A stretch of DNA of 64,000 nucleotides from an uncultured Candidatus Bathyarchaeia archaeon (GCA_964623205.1 CAZUQX010000006.1:45354-109353), one strand, 5' to 3'; counted from the stretch's first letter, positions 37,658 to 46,390 are shown. Translations and numbers: made by a program. Notes: generated by a model from the letters alone, not told the origin.

Positions 37658-38800
37658 CTATCTAAGTCCTTTTTTACTTGCATTCTGGATTAGAGTTTTC
37701 CACTTGTTCTTGCCTTCTATCTTTATTCCGCATGCATCGGCAGGTGTTTTCCCATCTAGTCCTTCGTGTTCTCTAATAAAATTGTGGTATATTTGATAGC
37801 CTCTAAGAATTGGCGTATCTTTGTTTTTCAATCCTCTCATGACCTTTTCTCTGTCTCGGATTTCACCGTTTAGGCGTTCCATTTTGTTGTTGTTCATGTC
37901 ACCTTGAATCTTGATATGACGAATATGCTTGGTTCTTGGGTAGCGAAGAGTTCTAAATTCTTTTTTGTATGCGATATTGTAAGACCTGAGTCCATCGGTT
38001 ATCAGGGTTTCAGGTTTCTTTCCAGTTACCTTTTTGGCTAGTTGAAAGAGTGTTCTTGCGTCATGTTTGTATTTGGTTTCAGCAACTTCTTGAGCAATCC
38101 AGTAACGAGTTTCATCATCCATTATGGCAAAGACGTATTTCATGTCGCCTTTGAATTTCATCCAAAGCTCATCTGCTCTCCAAGTGTCAGACACATTAGG
38201 AGTTAGTTTCTCGATGTATTTTTCCATTAGTCCGATGTACTTCTTTATCCACTTGTAAACTGTAGAATGAGCAACTTCTACTCCAAGAAGCCTAAGCGAT
38301 TTCTGAGTATTCCTAAGTGATTCTCCGCTAAAATAAAGTTGCATAGCTGTCGTTATCGCCTGTGGGTTGTGCTTCATGCGTTCAAATCCAACATTGAAGG
38401 AGAAGTATTTCCTACAGTTTCGGCAATAGAACTTCTGTATCTCTCCATGCTTGTTATGGCGAACCCCATCCTTCACTATGTCGGTTGATTTACAGTAAAT
38501 GCAAGAAGAAACAGTCGTTATTGGAGTTATCCGCTTGGACTCAACCTTTTTCCTTAACGCTAAACTAAATTCCACTGCAAAGATGTGTTTGCACTTGACA
38601 TGGCGGTAAATGTGGTCGGGGCAACTGCACATCCAACCAATGCTAGATTTCAAAACTTCGTATTTGCCGTTACCCGATTGGCTCTTAACCTCAAAAACAG
38701 ACTCCTCAAAAATCGCCACTTGACCACGAAGATGAGCTATCTCTTTTCCCCGTTCTTCACGAGCTTTAAGTTGTGCAGTTGTTATCATTCCATTCACCAC
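37658..38800 (-). CDS. DDE transposase, IS6-family-like, with N-terminal SWIM-type zinc finger
   Basis: The SWIM-like motif is 'CSCPDHIYRHVKCKHIFAV'. The DDE core comprises 'WRADELWMKFKGDMKYVFAIMD', 'LITDGLRSY' and 'NNNKMERLNGEIRDR'. Confidence 0.8.
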   Translation of the reverse strand: MVNGMITTAQLKAREERGKEIAHLRGQVAIFEESVFEVKSQSGNGKYEVLKSSIGWMCSCPDHIYRHVKCKHIFAVEFSLALRKKVESKRITPITTVSSCIYCKSTDIVKDGVRHNKHGEIQKFYCRNCRKYFSFNVGFERMKHNPQAITTAMQLYFSGESLRNTQKSLRLLGVEVAHSTVYKWIKKYIGLMEKYIEKLTPNVSDTWRADELWMKFKGDMKYVFAIMDDETRYWIAQEVAETKYKHDARTLFQLAKKVTGKKPETLITDGLRSYNIAYKKEFRTLRYPRTKHIRHIKIQGDMNNNKMERLNGEIRDREKVMRGLKNKDTPILRGYQIYHNFIREHEGLDGKTPADACGIKIEGKNKWKTLIQNASKKGLR

Positions 38801-38921
38801 ATATCTCTCTATCTCTATAAATACACAAGTAAGTATATAAGCTTTCCCCTATATCTCCACAAACCTAAAACTTTATATGTGGATAGCTATACAAGTGTTA
38901 ATGGTGATAGATTTGGGAAAG

Positions 38922-39077
38922 ATGAATATAGTGCTAAGTGATGAATTGGAAGAAAAATTCCGAAAAGTTGTCTTTCAAAGAAAAGGAATGAAAAAAGGCA
39001 ACATCAGCAAAGCATTGGAAGAAGCAATTAAACAATGGATGGACTATTTCCCATCAGAAAAATGCAAGAGGGAATAA
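38922..39077 (+). CDS. Ribbon-helix-helix (CopG-like) small protein, IS passenger
   Basis: 'MNIVLSDELEEKFRKVV...KGNISKALEEAIKQWM' fits a beta-strand plus two helices. I take the internal ATG at 38922 as the start. Confidence 0.5.
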   Translation: MNIVLSDELEEKFRKVVFQRKGMKKGNISKALEEAIKQWMDYFPSEKCKRE

Positions 39078-39078
39078 T

Positions 39079-39570
39079 GTGAAAAACAATGGTAAAGAGA
39101 TTAAACCTGAGGCGACCAAATCAGGCACATCCCAACAACAAGAGAACACTCTCTTTTCTGCAAAAGAAGTTAAGGTGATAGTAAAAGATTTTGTAGCAGC
39201 TTTTATTTCTGGGCAAGTTAAAATCAACTTTCCTGATTCAAAAAGCATTTTTGATTTGCGCAAAGAAAAAGGAGAAAAAACGACTTCGGAAGAGGCATGT
39301 AAGCAAATGTTAGAAATTAAGACATATTTTCTTAAAAATGTTGGAATATGTGCCGGAACTACGAAGGCTACTCCAGAGGAACAGGAAAAGGCTCTTAATG
39401 AGGTGTTTTCAGATTTAATCGCATATCGTATCAGTAATCGAATAGATGGTGTCTTTATTGAATATGCATTGGAAGCTAGAATAAAGAGACTTGAAGAGGG
39501 CATAGATAAAGTAAACAATCTCGTAAAGGAAATTGTCGAGTGGATTATGAACCAAGTTGTTGACAAATAG
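39079..39570 (+). CDS. Hypothetical protein, IS passenger
   Basis: The GTG start lies 1 nt after the previous stop. The composition is K/E-rich and looks like a real protein. The antisense ORF 39054-39599 is S/L/F-rich and was rejected. Confidence 0.5.
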   Translation: MKNNGKEIKPEATKSGTSQQQENTLFSAKEVKVIVKDFVAAFISGQVKINFPDSKSIFDLRKEKGEKTTSEEACKQMLEIKTYFLKNVGICAGTTKATPEEQEKALNEVFSDLIAYRISNRIDGVFIEYALEARIKRLEEGIDKVNNLVKEIVEWIMNQVVDK

Positions 39571-39829
39571 ACTCTTTTGTCCAGAATGCAAATCTCCATT
39601 AACCCGTTATACTCGTGGAGATTATATAGAAAAAATCTGCTGGAACTGTGGGTACTATATATCTAATTCCCCAGCCTATCAGTCCAATCCAGAAATGTTC
39701 AGAAACCTAGTTCGAGATAATCCGACAAAATTTTTAAAAAAATTTCTTATCCGACGGAAAAAACCATATTTTAAATCCGACGCAGACGAAACAGTTCCCT
39801 GTGGAGGGTTCTGTAAAGTCTTCGGCTGA
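39557..39829 (+). CDS. Small zinc-ribbon protein, IS passenger; its 3' end reads through the right TIR
   Basis: 'CPECKSPL...CWNCGYY'. The ORF continues across the TIR and TSD to a stop at 39829. Confidence 0.4.
   Translation: MLTNRLFCPECKSPLTRYTRGDYIEKICWNCGYYISNSPAYQSNPEMFRNLVRDNPTKFLKKFLIRRKKPYFKSDADETVPCGGFCKVFG
39748..39798. repeat. Right terminal inverted repeat of the IS
   Basis: This is the reverse complement of the left TIR, ending ...AATCCGACGCAGACGAAACAGTTCC. Confidence 0.85.
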
Positions 39830-40046
39830 CGGGAATTCCTGTGAAAATCGGTTCATTGAAAATTTTTGTAAAAAAGGACTTAACAGAATCCGTTAGTAAC
39901 AAGGGTCATAATTACAAACAGAAATGTACATTCAATGGTTAAAACAAAAATAGTCAATTTGTTGTCTGAAAAACTTTTTCCAAAAATAATGTGCGGTTTT
40001 TGGATTAAATCTCTCCAGAATATCCTAAAAGTTTTCCAGATGTATC

Positions 40047-40054
40047 TGCGCGCA
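40047..40054. repeat. Intergenic alternating-GC palindrome
   Basis: TGCGCGCA lies about 25 nt downstream of the minus-strand gene that ends at 40078. Confidence 0.7.
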
Positions 40055-40077
40055 TAAAAATTTAAGTGAATGGGAAT

Positions 40078-40719
40078 TCAGATCAGGACCTCGGTTATCG
40101 GTTTAAGTAATTTTTTGAAATATTTTTTCCAAGCTAATTGCAGTTGAGCCTCTGTCTCATTAACCGGCTGTTCTACTAGAGGTAACTTTCCCTTGATGCT
40201 TGTTCCGGCTACCGCTGCTAAGTCGAACGGATCAAAATCATACTTTTTAGCCAAGTGTTCTAGTCTAAACTGTCTAAGGTCCTTTGCCCGAATCTCCCTA
40301 CCTAATAAAGGAGACAAGTTTTCACGAATTATCTTATTTATCGTTACGCGAGTCAAATCAAACTCCAATTTCTTATTTCTTAGTTTGCGTTTCGCCAGAT
40401 CGCGGGTCCATGGTTCAAAACTTGGATGGGTAGGCAAAGCAATTATCTTGTAAGAAGGAAAACTTTGGCGTCTCATTGCAAGAGCTAGAGCGATGAGTAG
40501 AACGTCTTGCTTTTTTTTGAATTTGGAAAGCCAAGACCTCATAAATATTCCATAGGGTTTTGTGGTTTGGTTCTGCAGCTCTGATGGTGTAGTTCTTGTG
40601 CATATCTCGCTAGGTCTAGCAGCTGTTAAATACAACAATTTAATAAGCTCCCCATCGCGTAGACCCAACACATGATCAACCGCCTCCCGAAACCTACAGA
40701 AATCAACAGCTTTAACCAT
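40078..40719 (-). CDS. Divergent tyrosine-recombinase-like (integrase catalytic-domain-like) protein
   Basis: 'LLYLTAARPSEI' resembles integrase box I (Arg). 'DLRQFRLEHLA' resembles a degenerate H-x-L-R-H. The canonical GH...Y region is not clear. Confidence 0.4.
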   Translation of the reverse strand: MVKAVDFCRFREAVDHVLGLRDGELIKLLYLTAARPSEICTRTTPSELQNQTTKPYGIFMRSWLSKFKKKQDVLLIALALAMRRQSFPSYKIIALPTHPSFEPWTRDLAKRKLRNKKLEFDLTRVTINKIIRENLSPLLGREIRAKDLRQFRLEHLAKKYDFDPFDLAAVAGTSIKGKLPLVEQPVNETEAQLQLAWKKYFKKLLKPITEVLI

Positions 40720-41473
40720 CTCCTGCCCCTTAGCCTATTCTTTTTTCCTTATTGATAAATATTTGCCAGTTAGATACTGACTGGCATTTCCTTATCATTT
40801 ATCGAGAAGAAAAGCCCAAAATGGAGAGAACTCGAGTATATAACTAAGTATCTATAAAGGGAGGGAAACGTTGTCTCTAAGCCAATTTTCATGGAAACCC
40901 AGAGAAAAATAAGCTACAAGGTCATCTATTGATGTAGATAGGCCTTCAGGTTTGTTGGTCTATCCCCTTATCTTTAATAATTAAATTGATATTGAAAGAC
41001 CTATAGTTTAGGCAGGGGTTTAGGTTAGGCTTCTGTTGTAAAAAGAGTGAGATGAAGTCTTTATGCAATAGAACTAGTGTGGCAAAGTAGATAGGTGCAA
41101 GTCTAGGATGTTTTTTTGATCTAGTTGAAAGGTAACTCTTCTTAGTTGGATTGTCCATTGAAAAAGATAGTGTTTGAATGGTTGCGCGTGTTGTTTGTAA
41201 AATAGTTAGGAAAGAATAGAGCATCTTTCTGTGCTTCCACAGGTAAGGCACCAACCGTTAGTTAGATCGTTTGAAATGCTGTAGTATGGGTATGTCCCGA
41301 GGTTAAACGCAAATAATTGTTTGATGGTGTGAACTTCTCCTTTTTGGTGAAGATTGTTTGAAGAAATTTGAAGCCGTGGAGAATGTTTCAATTAGAATAA
41401 GCTTATGACCGTGCGGTTCTCATTATAGTTACTTAGAAAATGAGCTGACCAGTGGGTATATCTAGACCTGAAA

Positions 41474-42820
41474 TCACTCCACGCGCTCCAACTCGAACTT
41501 CAAAGCTTTTCGTTTCTTTTTTATGCCTTTCTTTTGGTCAAGTTTTTTCTTGGCTTTGAACAATGCTTTCACGACATCCGGTTCCCGCTTGGTGAAGAGA
41601 AAGACCCCCTTAGTACGAGTTTTAGCTCCTGTCATTTCCATGCCGTATGCATGTAGATCTTCCTTCTCTACAGATTTCATGAGATCTAAAAAGGGGTCCA
41701 GTTTTTTCTGCATCTCATTTAACTGCGTTTTCACTTCATTGATTTCCTTGTCTCTATCCATCAATTTCTTCTGTGCCTCATCCAGTTCTTCTCTAAGATC
41801 TCTGATTTGCCCTACAGTTTCGCTTGAGGTTTTGGTTTCGATACTGAGATGAGGAGCTGCCAATTCTGCATACTGTTTTCTGTGGTGTTCTGGATCCATG
41901 GCTCGGTAGTGATCCTGAACTCCGACTTTGTGTCCCATCCAGAACTCGGAGAACTCTTCTCCTGCATTATGGGCATACTTCTCGAAGAATTTTCTGAGAC
42001 TGTAAAGCCTTAATTCGCTTGGCTTGCCTTCCCGAACTTCAAACTCTAATACTCCGGTTTTTTTAAGTTTTCTTGCAGTCTTATTGAATTGAGATGAAAA
42101 GGCTGCAGTTTTCAATGGAGTGTTTTTGGACCCTGATCTCACGAAGAGGTAACTGTCTCGAGTGACATTTCTGGTTTTTAAGTAGGACTTCAAATTTTGA
42201 ATGGCTTCTAAGCCAATGAAGGAAAAGTAACTATGGTATCTTCCCTTGGCTATTTCACGTGGAACATCAATTTTAACAGGACTTTCTTCCATCAAGAGCC
42301 TTTGATATTCAATATGCTTGATCTGCAACCTGCACAAGGTAACAGGTCTGAGTCCACTCTGAGCCATTACAGCATAGAATGCTCGGTCCTTTGGCAGAGA
42401 GATACTCATGATAGCAGAGATCTCTTCTCGCCTGATATCACGATTATGATACTCGAAATGTCCCTGGGCTGTTGGGATAAAACCGATGTCTATTCTGTTA
42501 TGCTTATAAAAGCTCTGCGGCACCCCCACCATGCTTCTGATTGTGCTGTCAGCTAAGCCCCTTTCTCTCAATGAGATTATCCACTCTTTAATCTCGTCTG
42601 CAATCTTGTCCCTGAATTTTCGAAGTTCATTAAAATCCTGTATGCCCTTATACTCGGCTAAAATTTCCTCTGCAGTCCTGCCAATAAACTTGAGGTATAG
42701 GTCAATGCACCGACGATAGTTGACTTCCGTGGCTTTAGACCCGCTGCCCGAATAGGCTACACTAATCAGCCATTTTTCGATCGGATCATGCTTTAGTTGC
42801 GTCAAATCGTCCTGACCCAC
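41474..42820 (-). CDS. Tyrosine recombinase / phage-type integrase with C-terminal coiled-coil extension
   Basis: 'SGLRPVTLCRLQIKHI' (Arg), 'LYSLRKFFEKYA' and 'FWMGHKVGVQDHYRA' (His/Tyr region). The C-terminal tail is K/E-rich. Confidence 0.75.
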   Translation of the reverse strand: MGQDDLTQLKHDPIEKWLISVAYSGSGSKATEVNYRRCIDLYLKFIGRTAEEILAEYKGIQDFNELRKFRDKIADEIKEWIISLRERGLADSTIRSMVGVPQSFYKHNRIDIGFIPTAQGHFEYHNRDIRREEISAIMSISLPKDRAFYAVMAQSGLRPVTLCRLQIKHIEYQRLLMEESPVKIDVPREIAKGRYHSYFSFIGLEAIQNLKSYLKTRNVTRDSYLFVRSGSKNTPLKTAAFSSQFNKTARKLKKTGVLEFEVREGKPSELRLYSLRKFFEKYAHNAGEEFSEFWMGHKVGVQDHYRAMDPEHHRKQYAELAAPHLSIETKTSSETVGQIRDLREELDEAQKKLMDRDKEINEVKTQLNEMQKKLDPFLDLMKSVEKEDLHAYGMEMTGAKTRTKGVFLFTKREPDVVKALFKAKKKLDQKKGIKKKRKALKFELERVE

Positions 42821-43065
42821 CTAAATGTAATGAATGGGGAGGAATGGGATATATAAAAGTTTACTGCAAAGCAAAGATAAGATATAAAGTTTACTGGTGC
42901 AATTTCTTTTCCAAAGTGGAATATCGGCAAAAAACGGCGAGAAAGAACACATGAGTCATAACCCTTACAAACTGCATTGCGTGGTGGGCATATTTTTGGT
43001 GAATAATTGGGTAATAAAAGCTAATAGGAACAATAGCAAAAATTAATCAAGAACGGGTGTCTGTT

Positions 43066-43434
43066 ATGAGTATTTCTCGTATACCCATCAGATTCGTTGT
43101 AGAGGGCATAGGTAAGGCGGAGGGGGAACTTGTTCGTATTCGCTCTCCGAGGACTGTAGATGCTATAACCAGAGCGCTTCCGATTGAAGGTCTGGCAGCC
43201 CTGTGGCAAGAAGAAGTTTACTTTGATATCCCTGTGAAGATGGGGAGTGAAAAGGCTTCACCTACAGTGGAGAAGGGAGCCCTTGCTTACTGGCCAATGG
43301 GAAAGGCTTTCTGCATCTTCTGGGGTGAAACACAGCCTTACAGTCCCGTCAACATTATTGGTAACGTAACCAAGAATCTAGAATTGTTCGAACGTGTGAA
43401 GAGTGGAACAAAAATCATTGTAGAAAAAAGATAG
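43066..43434 (+). CDS. Cyclophilin-like-fold protein (TM1367-like family)
   Basis: 'IPIRFVVEGIGKAEGELVRIRSPRTVDAI...GALAYWPMGKAFCIFWGETQPYSPVNIIG' matches my recollection of the small cyclophilin-like archaeal family. Confidence 0.55.
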   Translation: MSISRIPIRFVVEGIGKAEGELVRIRSPRTVDAITRALPIEGLAALWQEEVYFDIPVKMGSEKASPTVEKGALAYWPMGKAFCIFWGETQPYSPVNIIGNVTKNLELFERVKSGTKIIVEKR

Positions 43435-43642
43435 TTGCCCCTCTCAAGAAGGCGGATTGGCTGAGATCACAGTTCTTGCATATGCTGTCTAATACTTGTA
43501 CAATGTCATTTGACTGGTTGATCGTAACGTTTTTTATTTAATATCTACTACTTGTAGTATTACGATAACTATTACTTTTACTGGTGCAATTACTTGTAGT
43601 ATTAGTTTTAATATTTGATATTTTTAGTGAATTGTCTTTTTC

Positions 43643-43650
43643 CGCGCGCC
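43643..43650. repeat. Intergenic alternating-GC motif
   Basis: CGCGCGCC lies about 10 nt downstream of the minus-strand gene that ends at 43660. Confidence 0.7.
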
Positions 43651-43659
43651 CCCATTTAG

Positions 43660-44430
43660 CTAATCGTCAATGGGATACTGTGGCGAGTCCAGGGCTGTGA
43701 TCCACAATATTTCAAAATAATCTTGGAGTGCTTCTACTAAAGCGGTGTTGTTTGACCATAAAACAGAAGCTGATTTCATAGCCAATGATGGCGTGGCGTT
43801 CATGTACAAGTCTTTCCTATCATATATTCCCATGCGAAATCTGGGAACAGTTGGAACATATCTGACATGGATGGAGAAATTTTTCTGCACACGCAAGCAC
43901 GCGCGTGCTGATTGCTCGTCTTCAAGTTTATCAAGGATTACCCGTATTTTCACACCTCTCCCCAAGGCTTCTTTGAATAATTTCTCTTGATTAATCAGCC
44001 AAGGACAAAAATTACTGCTTGAAGAAATATAATCAATGCTCTTTTGAGCGTTCTCAGTTGCCCTTACTGCACAGGTGACTAATGCTTCTTTTCCGGAAAG
44101 CAAAGAGAAATGAGCCGCCTCTTGCTGAACTGTCGGTTTTCCGCTATCCGCGAGATTTTGGATTATTTCTTTTGTTAGCGCCCGCAATTCGTTAGTTTCT
44201 TCAACTTTCCTTTCCAGCAAAATGGATAACCCTTCATCTATTGGGATTGCTCTGAAGCTAACTGGCCTAGAGATTATTTTTTCAACCAAACCCAATTTTT
44301 GAAGACTGTCTGCTAACCTGTAGATATCCTGCCTAGAAACCTTTGAAACTTTTGATATTGCATTTACCGTGGAAATCCCTGATTGAACAAGGGTGAGGTA
44401 AACTCTAGCTTGGCAAGAAGTAAGTCCCAA
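43660..44430 (-). CDS. TrmB-family transcriptional regulator
   Basis: 'LGLTSCQARVYLTLVQSGISTVNAISKVSKVSRQDIYRLADSLQKLGLV' is a TrmB wHTH. The C-terminus 'YFEILWITALDSPQYPIDD' parallels that of the protein at 62070-62894. See the finding on the start codon. Confidence 0.8.
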   Translation of the reverse strand: MGLTSCQARVYLTLVQSGISTVNAISKVSKVSRQDIYRLADSLQKLGLVEKIISRPVSFRAIPIDEGLSILLERKVEETNELRALTKEIIQNLADSGKPTVQQEAAHFSLLSGKEALVTCAVRATENAQKSIDYISSSSNFCPWLINQEKLFKEALGRGVKIRVILDKLEDEQSARACLRVQKNFSIHVRYVPTVPRFRMGIYDRKDLYMNATPSLAMKSASVLWSNNTALVEALQDYFEILWITALDSPQYPIDD

Positions 44431-44810
44431 ATTAGTTAAGGTTTCAACGGTTTCTTTCTGAACTTAAAACACCCTCCTAGATTGCTCTTTAATATATAAT
44501 TCGCAGTAGGCAGGTTTAAATTTTTCGAGTATTGTCAATCGGAGTTCGACGTACTAACATCATTGAATGAAAAATCTCATGAAAATAGTCCGCAGAATAT
44601 GCGGATTTTTTAATGTTTATTTGAATCTGTGAAAAAAAGTAAAGGGCATCTACCGATACATATCTACGAAGTCGGCGAATACGCAGGGATTTTCATATAT
44701 GGAGATTGCCCATCGAGATTGTGCCAACTGCTATCGCTGGCGGCTATCTCGTGGGCTATGATGTTGGTAAGGTATTCATCAGTATACTAGGATGTGTCGT
44801 CAGTTTTACT

Positions 44811-45152
44811 CTAAGCACCATTTAGAATGATGTTTTTTAGGAGGTCTATGATTGGTCCATTTGCCTTCATTAAGGATTCTAACGTGTGTTCTCCAGTTTC
44901 GGTTAGCTCATAAACTCTTTTCTTTGTGCTCCATGTGCCTTTTATCAATCCGTCTCTCTCTAGGGAATATAGGAGGGCATAAACTGTTCCTGAGCTTACC
45001 AGGATTCCGAATTTTTTGTGAATGTAACCGATGGCGTCATAACCGCTCATTGGACCGTTTCGTAGTTCGGATAGTATTAGTAAATCCATGAATGATTTGA
45101 CAGTGCGTTTCTCTAGCTTCTTCACGAGGCTGTTTTCCATTTTAAGCTCCAA
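44811..45152 (-). CDS. PadR-family transcriptional regulator
   Basis: 'DLLILSELRNGPMSGYDAIGYIHKKFGILVSSGTVYALLYSLERDGLIKG'. The TTG start lies 7 nt after AGGAGGTGA. Confidence 0.85.
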   Translation of the reverse strand: MELKMENSLVKKLEKRTVKSFMDLLILSELRNGPMSGYDAIGYIHKKFGILVSSGTVYALLYSLERDGLIKGTWSTKKRVYELTETGEHTLESLMKANGPIIDLLKNIILNGA

Positions 45153-45353
45153 AACTAATCACCTCCTTTTTTTGACGGATGTGTTTTTTTCTCCATATTT
45201 GATACTTCCATAGTTTTTGCGTTTTTTACCGTTTTTACGATATTAATTGCGAAACTTAATAAGTGTTATGAATTTGGAATCAAGTTCTGATCAGAATAAA
45301 TCTAAAACTGCGATTCCCGACTTTAATTTCGGGATCAGCTGGGGTTTATTGGG

Positions 45354-46049
45354 TTAAAGCCGTTTGCAAATATATTCACAGTATGGGGTAGCGTTCGCCA
45401 TACACTTCGTCCGGATAATTTTCATCTTTCCCCTAGTAACATTAGCAAGTCCTTCATGAACGCCTTCGTGAAACACGTCACAGATTATTTCTGGCCACAT
45501 TTTCGCTAGTTCAAAGAGAACACAATTGTGGACACGATAAACTATCTTATCGCTGTCGATCTCCATGATTTCTGGCTCATAACCAGATTCTTCAAGATAT
45601 TTTGCAATATAAAAATCTTTGATATCCTTCAATGACCACGTTTTCAGTTGGTTTTCTAATTCTATTTGCTTAAATAAGCGCTCGCCGCTTTCAACTCCAA
45701 GCTTCCTATACGTTTCTTTAATTAGGTCTAATTCAAGCGGGGATTGCTGGATTGCTTTCATTAACAATTTGGAGAATTCGAGATAGTTGCGTTTGGGGTA
45801 TCCGACTTGGTGTCCGCTTTTGGAGAGCTCATAGTAGCTTTTTGGTCTTCCTCCGGTTCCCATTCTTCTTTCTTTTAATTTGATGAATCCTGCTCTCTCT
45901 AGGGTGTGTATGTGTTGGCGAATGGAGGTGGGTTGAAGACCTAGGAGGTCCGAAATCTCTTGGATAGTTAAGGATTTCCTCAGTAATAGCTTTAAGATTT
46001 CGAGACGGTTTTTGTTTGCTAGAGCTTGGTATTCTATTATTTGGTTCAT
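45354..46049 (-). CDS. ArsR-type wHTH regulator with a Cys-containing C-terminal sensor-like domain
   Basis: 'ALANKNRLEILKLLLRKSLTIQEISDLLGLQPTSIRQHIHTLERAGFI'. The C-terminal part, '...CDVFHEG...CMANATPYCEYICKR', is unassigned. Confidence 0.7.
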   Translation of the reverse strand: MNQIIEYQALANKNRLEILKLLLRKSLTIQEISDLLGLQPTSIRQHIHTLERAGFIKLKERRMGTGGRPKSYYELSKSGHQVGYPKRNYLEFSKLLMKAIQQSPLELDLIKETYRKLGVESGERLFKQIELENQLKTWSLKDIKDFYIAKYLEESGYEPEIMEIDSDKIVYRVHNCVLFELAKMWPEIICDVFHEGVHEGLANVTRGKMKIIRTKCMANATPYCEYICKRL

Positions 46050-46390
46050 TGTTTGGTTCTGTGTAGACTACTCTAGTTTTAACTAATATTTCTTTTTCTC
46101 ACAAGCCTAATTTTTCTATGATTCATAGACACATTGCAATCGATTTCACGCGTATCTTTGATCTGCTAATGGAGAAACTGAACCTGCGCATCTGTAAAAG
46201 GTAATTTGAAACAACTAAAATGTTGCCACAATACTATGATCAGTTTGATGTGCCCCGCAAGTATTTTTAGTAACTAGGAACATATCGCTATATCGCGCTA
46301 GTCCGATCTGAAATTTCATGTGTATAGAAAGTTAATTTGAAGTAGGAGGGGGTATGAACGTTACGTCCAGATCAACAAGAACTTAGGAAA

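Larger units (their letters stand above)
37373..39798. mobile_element. IS6-like insertion element carrying passenger genes (2426 bp)
   Basis: The element is bounded by 51-bp imperfect terminal inverted repeats. It is flanked by a perfect 8-bp direct repeat, CTGTGGAG (37365-37372 and 39799-39806). It encodes a DDE transposase. Confidence 0.8.

Noticed and set aside
39054-39599. 181-aa minus-strand ORF in the IS cargo region
   Set aside because: It fully overlaps the plus-strand ORF 39079-39570. The plus-strand ORF has normal protein composition and tight coupling to the neighbouring plus-strand ORFs. The minus-strand translation is S/L/F-rich and low in complexity.
40946-41391. ORFs 40946-41254 and 41206-41391 (minus strand) between the two recombinase genes
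   Set aside because: They have no SD, odd composition and mutual overlap. I treat them as non-coding or decayed DNA of the mobile region.
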